Source: the human T2T-CHM13v2.0 reference genome, Homo sapiens. From it: a DNA stretch of 64,000 bases. The notes beneath the pieces were generated by a model. That model saw only the letters and a list, made by a program, of their open reading frames with translations. It ran no database searches and was not told the origin of the DNA. The stretch lies in assembly GCF_009914755.1 (NCBI RefSeq), contig NC_060928.1; one strand, written 5' to 3'. Below, one piece after another: positions 56,640-64,000 of this stretch; the stretch's first letter is position 1; every line of letters starts with the position of its first letter. Made by a program: the position numbers and the translations under genes.

Positions 56640-58785
56640 CACATTAAGCCACAAGTTCTATTTGTGGGATGAAGTCTAAGGACAAATAATGCATTTGTGA
56701 GTTAATTATGTGTTTTTTCAAACTTTACAGTACAGAAAGTATCACCTAGAGATACTGTTAAAATGCAAGTTTCTGGTGTACCCCCAAGATTCTGATTCAG
56801 CAAGTTTGGAAAGTGAGACTAAGAATTTTCATTATAATAGGCTCCAGCTGATGCTGATTCTCATGGTTCCATGTGGCACACACAGAAACAATGGATTAGG
56901 CTTTATAATTTATCTTCAATTTACAAATGAGTTTTTAATATTGAGTTCTAAGTGTTTGAATTATCCAACCAGTCACAAGTTGGTTAGTTTTTGAAGAAAT
57001 TTATCTAGGAACTTAGTGAAAGTTCTTTTCTTTTTTCCTCCTTTCTGTCTAGTGCAATCATGGCAATACATGGCTTCCATGGAGAAATATGAGCCTTTAA
57101 AAACTCCAGGGAAGTAAATTGAATTTCCAAACATAAGTATCCAGTTATTATGTATGATGTATATTATTATACTAAACACCTAGAACTATTTGACTTTAAC
57201 TATAAGAATTATTTTATTACATACTAGTAATCAAGAGATTACAGAATTTTGGCAAATATTTACATCTACTTTATGACTTAAAATATTTTAAAGTCAATGG
57301 AAGAAATTAAAAGTACAATATTAATCATAATTTTTAGAAAAACTTATAAAAATATATAATGACTCCAATTATGTCAGTTATCACTATTTCTTAGAAAATA
57401 GATTAAATTTTGGAAGGATTTTAATATCATTTTTGTCAGAGTTGTTTCATCTTGGACATATATTTGTTGAAATAAAATAGAATGTTGTCCACGCAAACAT
57501 ATTACATATGTAATCATTTCTATGCTTGGTTACTGTAGCATGATTTTTTCCCTCATTTTATTCTCACATGTCTAAACTAATTAACATGTGATGGATCCAT
57601 TTGTTTCCTGGTTACTTTGTCATCACAATCTTTATTGTAAAATCATCCAGTCGAGTTCATTCTCACTATTTTGTAGGAATTTCTTTTTGGCATTTGTTGC
57701 TCAGCAACCACAGGGCATGTTTATAGAGGTAAGATGAGTCTAGTGATGTTTGTTTACTTTTCAAAAATATCAATGCTGACACTTAAAAAGAAAAAACACA
57801 GAAACAAGCCATAAAACAGTTCTAGCTTTAGAAATGTAGCCTGGGATAGCTCCTTGAAATGTATTCATTTATATAAATGCTTCTGAGGGAAATCTTCTGT
57901 CCTGTTATGATTAAAAGGCTGGGCTCTGGGGAGGGGAACCCCTGTGTTTGTATCCTGCTCCTGACAACTACTATTTTCATGATCTTGAAGTATTACTAAT
58001 CCTTTCCAAAGTTCAATTTCCTCATCAACACAATAGGTATTATGATAATACTTGTACTCTTTGTAGTACTAGTAAGACTATTGAAGGACATATTACATAA
58101 AAGCCCTTGATCAGAAAGGTGCATAATCGTGACTGCAGGCTTCACTGCCACTAAAGCTATCTCTGGACGTTGTTTAAGTTTCCCTCCTAAAATGCAATCT
58201 TTGGACAAGCTACACAAGCACTATCTGGGATCTTGTAAGAAATGTAGAGTCTAAACCACATCTAAACCAAATGAATCAGAATCTGCGTTTTAATAATATC
58301 CCTATGTGATGTATAACGTAATAACTTTCAGAATTTTTGTCTTAATTCTAGTAAGTAGTTAGGATAAAAACCACTAATATAATGTCAAAAAACAGAGAGG
58401 AAAATGTTATCAATTTCCTTTTTAGAAAGTCAATGCAATTTTACCTATTTATATGCAACACAAAATGTTTTAAATTTCTAGGAAAAAATGGTATTTCTAG
58501 AAAAATTAGTTTTTCACTATAAAACAAAGTAAACTTTAAAAAATATGAACACTGTCCTGTGATTTACTTTTGAAATCATCCATAGGATTTCAATTATTTT
58601 TCAATGCAGTTGTAGGTTTTATTCCAATCGAATTCTCTGTTGCCAATAATGATATGGGAAAGAGCCTGAACTTGATACTCTAGGCATTAGGTAATAGCTG
58701 ATGATATTTGATCAAGAAAGGATATATTTAAAATATTATTTTGGAACAACAAATGTGAATGAAATATGTAGGCTATATTTAAGGA
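56640..58785 (+). pseudogene. Third, heavily deleted STATH-like unit: upstream region fused to the exon 5 3' end and intron 5
   Basis: 56640-57690 resembles 45490-46660; 57701-57734 tcagcaaccacagggcatgtttatagag|gtaaga resembles STATH 51750-51783; similarity to STATH intron 5 continues to ~58785. Confidence 0.8.
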
Positions 58786-60611
58786 AGGGACTGAAATAGG
58801 TTATAGAAAGACTTAAAAGAAACATGGAAAAGGAGTCTTTGTAAAGGAAATTAATAGATTTAATGATGGATTGAATGAAAGACCAAATCAGCAAAGGAGG
58901 AAAAACAAATGGGTGCAACGTGTCAGGATTCGATTAGCAAATAAGAGTGCAGAGCATTTTTCTGCCTTTCAAAAAAGAGATAATGGTTGGCTGTTATTTA
59001 TGTATTTGTTTCTTTTTTTTCCCAAGGAATTTTGTCGTGTATATGGTTTGTTTGGTTTATGTGGAAGATGTTGAAGAAATTAATTTGGCTATGCTAACTT
59101 AGAACAAGAATTTTAAAAGCATTTAAACTAAAAATCCAAGCTGGTTAAATTGTAGAACTGAACTACTACATTCCTCAAGAGTTTTTTGTCTATTTTTGGA
59201 GATAGGTGGATAAAATACAGGGAATCTTCAGACAGAATATCATGTAACTAAAATGTCAACTGATTGGACGAGTATTTAGGCATATGATAACAGCAGGAAT
59301 ATGGCAGTTAGGATAAGAGAGCATGCAGTGAGATAATAAGGAAGGCCATTGGAAATCTACCAAAATAATTTAGGATGAGAGGTCAGAGCTTGAACTAAAA
59401 AAAGTGGTAGAGATAGCAGCAATTTATTGTAAATTCTGATCAGATATTTTAGAATAATTTTTGCAGTTTTTTAATATGCATAACTTTAACCAAGGCACAA
59501 GTTTTAGGCAAGAACCTTTTATCACGTCAAATACAAACATACATTGAGAGACTTTATTCAGTTGAAAGACCATTAAAATAGGAAGAAAGATCTGATCTCA
59601 AAAATGTGCGAGTATGTCAAAATCAAACATAAAAAGAATTTTCTCTTATAGAATAGAGAGAGGTGGTAAGCAAAGATTAGTAGAGCCTTTAAGGAGAATT
59701 TGGGGAAGCAAGGGAAAAAAACCAGTGGAATCTGATAAGAAAAGTATTCCACTGTGGTCTGCCGAGTCTCAGGATAAGCTAATTAAGGGGCACATTCCAA
59801 TTTTTAGTGCTTGCTCAGGCTTGAAGAGCAGCAGAATTTCGAGGCCTGTAGGAAGGAAAGAAGCCAGAATAATATTTGGTCAAGACAAAGCAAAGAGTAA
59901 GAAATGGGTAGTTATGAATACTTAATCAATCACTCAGGAATATGTCTGGAAAGCATAAGAGAATTAGGAATGATTAATCCGTAGTTCAAATTTAATAAAA
60001 AGAATGTTTTTCCTTTACCTACGGGGTTGGAAGTAAGTCCTATTTGTTCTGTACTCATGATGATTCTTCCTATTCAAAAAAATCCCTTTCCCCATCTAAC
60101 AACATATTAAGCCACATACAATATTTCCAGTGTCTAAAAAGCATGTTTTATAGAATAATTTGAAAGAAAAGTGAATTATTTGTATTGTCTTTTTTATTAT
60201 ACTTATCTTAAAAGTAACTTGACAAAAATTGTCAAAAATAAATTCCAATCTTCAATCTACAAAGAGTTGCATGTAGCATAGAGAGTTATTTTTGGGACCA
60301 AAATCATTTTTAAGGGAGAAGAAGGAGAGTGCTAGGGTTCAGATTCTGAACCCAGAGTCAGAAAGTGAGAGGAAGCCACTGAATGCTGTGAGATGGGTGT
60401 AGTGTATGCTTTCTCCTGAATTGCCTTTTGACACGCCACCTTACACACTTAGCATGTAAAAGACTGGAAATCTGACAAATTAAATTAGATGTCTTGTTGT
60501 ATCCTTGTCTCAGTGTCCATTAACTGCACCATCCTCTTGCTCAGATTAAAAGCCTAAGGATATAATTGATTGCTTTTCCATCTCTGGCAGAGAGCTGTTC
60601 ACTTTTTTAAA

Positions 60612-63600
60612 AACTTTTTTTTTATTTCCATAGGTTTTGAGGGAACAGGTGGTATTTGCTTACATGAGTAAAATATTTAGTGGTGATTTGTGAGATTTTG
60701 GTGCACCCATCAACCAAGCAACATTCACTGAACCCAACGTATACTCCTTTATCCCTCACACCCTTCCCACCCTTTCCCCCAAGTCCTCAAAGTCCATTGT
60801 AACATTCTTATGCCTTTTCATCCTCATGGCGTAGCTTCCACTTATGAGTGAGAAAATACGATGTTTAGTTTTCTATTTGTGCATTACTTTGCTTAGAATA
60901 ATAGTCTCCAGTTCCAACCAGGTTGCTGTAAATGCCATTGATTCGCTCCGCTTTATGGCTGAGTAGTATTCCATCATATATATATATATGTATATATATG
61001 TATATATGTATATTTATGTATATATATATGTATATATATGTATAGTATTCCATCATATATATCCATTCGTTGATGGACATCTGGACTGGTTCCATATTTT
61101 TGCAGTTGCAAATTGTGCTGCTATAAACACGCATGTGCAAGTATCTTTTTCGTCTAATGGTTTCTTTTCCTCTGGTTAGATATCTAGTAGTGGGATTGCT
61201 AGGTCAAATAGTAGTTCTACTTTTAGTTCTTTAAGGAATCTTCACGCTATTTCCCTTAGTGGTTGTACTAGTTCGCATTCCCACCAGCAGTGTAGAACGG
61301 TTCTCTGTTCACCACATCCATGCCAACATCAACTATTTTTCGATTTTTTATTATGGTCATTCTTGCAGGAGTAAGGTGGTATTGCATTGTGATTTTGATT
61401 AACATTTCCCTGATAATTAATGACGTTCAGAATTTTTCATATGTTTGTTAGCCATTTGTATCTCTTCTTTTGAGAATTGTCTATTTATGTCCTTAGCCCA
61501 CTTTTTGATGACATTGTTTGTATTTTTCTTGCTAATTGGTTTGAGTTCATTGTAGATTCTGGATATTAGTCCTTTGTTGCATGTATAGATTGTGAAGATA
61601 TTCTCCCACTCTGTGGGTTGTCTGTTTACTCTGCTGACTGTTCCTTTTGCTGTGCAGAAACTCTTCAGTTTAATTAAGTCCCACCTATTAACTTGCTTTT
61701 GTTGCATTTGCTTTGAAGTTCCTAGTCATGAACTCTTTGCCTAAGCCAATGTGTAGAAGGGTTTTTCTGATGCTATCTTCTAGAATTCAGATCCTAGATT
61801 TTAAGTTCTTGATCCATCTTGAGTTGACTTTTGTATAAGGTGAGAGATGAGGATCCAGTTTCATTCTCCTACATGTGGCTTGTCAATTAACCCAGCACCA
61901 TTTGTTGAATAAGGTGTCCTTTTCCCACTTTATGTTTTTGTTTGCTTTGTCAAAATTCAGTTAGATGTTAAGTATTTGGCTTTATTTCTGGATTCTCTAT
62001 TCCGTTCCATTGGTCTAACTGCCTATTTTTATACCACGATCATGCTGTTTGGGCGACTATGGCCTTACAGAATAGTTTAAAGTCAGGCAATGTGATGATG
62101 TGATGCCTCCAGATTTTTTTTTCTTAGTATTGCTTTGGCTATGCAGGCTCTTTTTTGTTTCCATATGAATTTTAGAATTGTTTGTTCTAGTTCTGTGAAG
62201 AATTATGGTGGTATTTTGATGGGAATTGCATTGAATTTGTAGGTTGATTTTGGCAGTATGGTCATTTCCACAATATTGATTCTACCCATCCATGAGCACG
62301 GGATGTGTTTCTATTTGTTTGTCTCGTCTGTGATTTCCTTCACCAGTGTTTTGTAGTTTTTCATTGTAGAGATCTTTCACCTCCTTGGTTAGGTATATTC
62401 CTAAGTATTTAATTTTTCTTGCAGCTATTGTTAAAGGGGTTGTATTCTGGATGTGATTTTCAGCTTGATCACTGTTGGTGTATAGCAGAGCTACTGATTT
62501 GTGTATGTTAATTTTGTATCTGGTAACTTCGCTGAATTCATTTATCAGTTCTAGGAGCTTTTTGGAGGAGTCTTGGGGTTTTCTAGGTATACAATTATAC
62601 TATTTGCAAGCAGTGACAGTTTGACTTCCTCTTTAATGATTTGGATGTCCTTTATTTCTTTCTTTTGTCTGATTGCCCTAGCTAGGACTTCCAGTACCAT
62701 GTTGAATAGAAGTGGTGAGAGTAGGCGTCCTTGTCTTGTTCCACTTCTCAGAGGAAATGCTTTCAACTTATCCCTGTTCAGTGTTATGTTGGTTGTGGGT
62801 TTGTCATAGATGGCTTTTATTACATTGAGGTATGTCCCTTGTGTGCTGACTTTGCTGAGAGTTTTAATCATAAATTGATGCTTGATTTTGTCAAAGGCTT
62901 TTTCTGTGTCTATTGAGATATCATGTGATTTTTGTTTTTAATTCTGTTTATGTGGTGTAGCACATCTATTAACTTCCATATTTTAAACCACCCCTGCAGC
63001 CCTTGTATAAAACCCTCTTGATCATAGTGCATCATCTTTCTGATATGCTATTGGATTCAGTTAGCTAGTATTTTGTTAAGGATTTTTGCATCTGTGTTCT
63101 TCGGGGATATTGGTCTGTAGTTTTTGCTGTTTTTGCTATATCCTTTCCTGGCTTTGGTATTAGGATGATACTGGCTTCATAGAATGATTTAGGGAGGATT
63201 CTCTCTTTTCTGTCTTGTGTAATTGTGTCAATGGAATTGGTACCAATTCTTTGAATGTCTGATAGATTCAGCTATGAATCCATCAAGTCCTGGACTTTTT
63301 TTTTGTTGAAATTTTTTATTACCATCTCGCTGTTTGTTATTGGTCTGTTTAGGGTTTCTAATTCTTCCTTATTTAAGCTAGTAGGGTTGCATATTTCCAG
63401 GAATTTATCCATCTCCTCTAGTTTTTCTAGTTTATGTGCATGAAGGTGTTCAGAGTAGCCTTGAATGTTCTTTTGTATTTCTGTGGTGTCGGTTGTAATA
63501 TCTCCCATTTAATTTCTAATTGAGCTTATTTGGATTTTCCCTCTTCTTTTCAAGTTTAAACTTGCTAATGGTCTATCAATTTTATTTATCTTTTCAAAGA

Positions 63601-64000
63601 ACCAGATTTTTGTTTCATTTATCTTTTTTTTTCTCCTTGTCTCCATTTCACTTAGTTCTTCTCCCATCTTGGTTATTTCTTTTCTTCTGCTGGGGTTGGA
63701 TTTGGTTTGTTCTCTTTTCTCTAGTTCCTTGAGGTGTCTATTTGTGCTCTTTCAAAACTTTTTGTTCTAGGCATTTAGGGCTATGAACTTTCCTCTTAGC
63801 ACTACGTTTGCTACATCCCAGAGGTTTTGATAGATTGTGTCTTTATTATCATTTGGTTCAAAACATTTTACATTTTCATCTTGATTTCATTGTTTACCCA
63901 GTGATCATTCAGGAGCAAGTTATCTAATTTCAATGTATTTGCATGGTCTTGAAGTTTCCTTTGGGAGTTGATTTCCAATTTTATTTTGCTTTGGTCAGAG
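60612..64000 (-). mobile_element. L1PB-type element (3' UTR plus ORF2), running off the window end; (TA)-rich expansion at ~60975-61045
   Basis: ORF2 remnants at 61417-61707, 62551-62871 and 63272-63508; L1PB-type 3' UTR ggtgatttgtgagattttggtgcacccatca. Confidence 0.92.

Noticed and set aside
59475-60030. Possible LTR-like element with a 103-aa ORF
   Set aside because: It looks repeat-derived, but I cannot assign a family or boundaries, and the ORF has no recognisable similarity.

Overview
Primate (almost certainly human, 4q13.3) genomic DNA from the SCPP casein/saliva gene cluster. It holds the complete beta-casein gene CSN2 on the minus strand (~6050-16523; 226-aa CDS reconstructed from six coding exons, plus a silenced 27-nt exon, proximal STAT5 promoter and a distal STAT5/C/EBP enhancer ~4.6 kb upstream) and the complete statherin gene STATH on the plus strand (~46760-53250; 62-aa CDS). 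Between them is a dense field of nested transposable elements. The main signal not explained by the two genes is that STATH is the middle copy of an old tandem triplication (37505-58785). The upstream copy is a decayed histatin/histatherin-like pseudogene with intact splice sites, in-frame stops and a deleted promoter and signal-peptide exon. The downstream copy is a heavily deleted relic. An old L1 split a MER20 and appears to carry a 3' transduced Tigger1 end. Repeat family names come from my recall of consensus sequences, not from a search.
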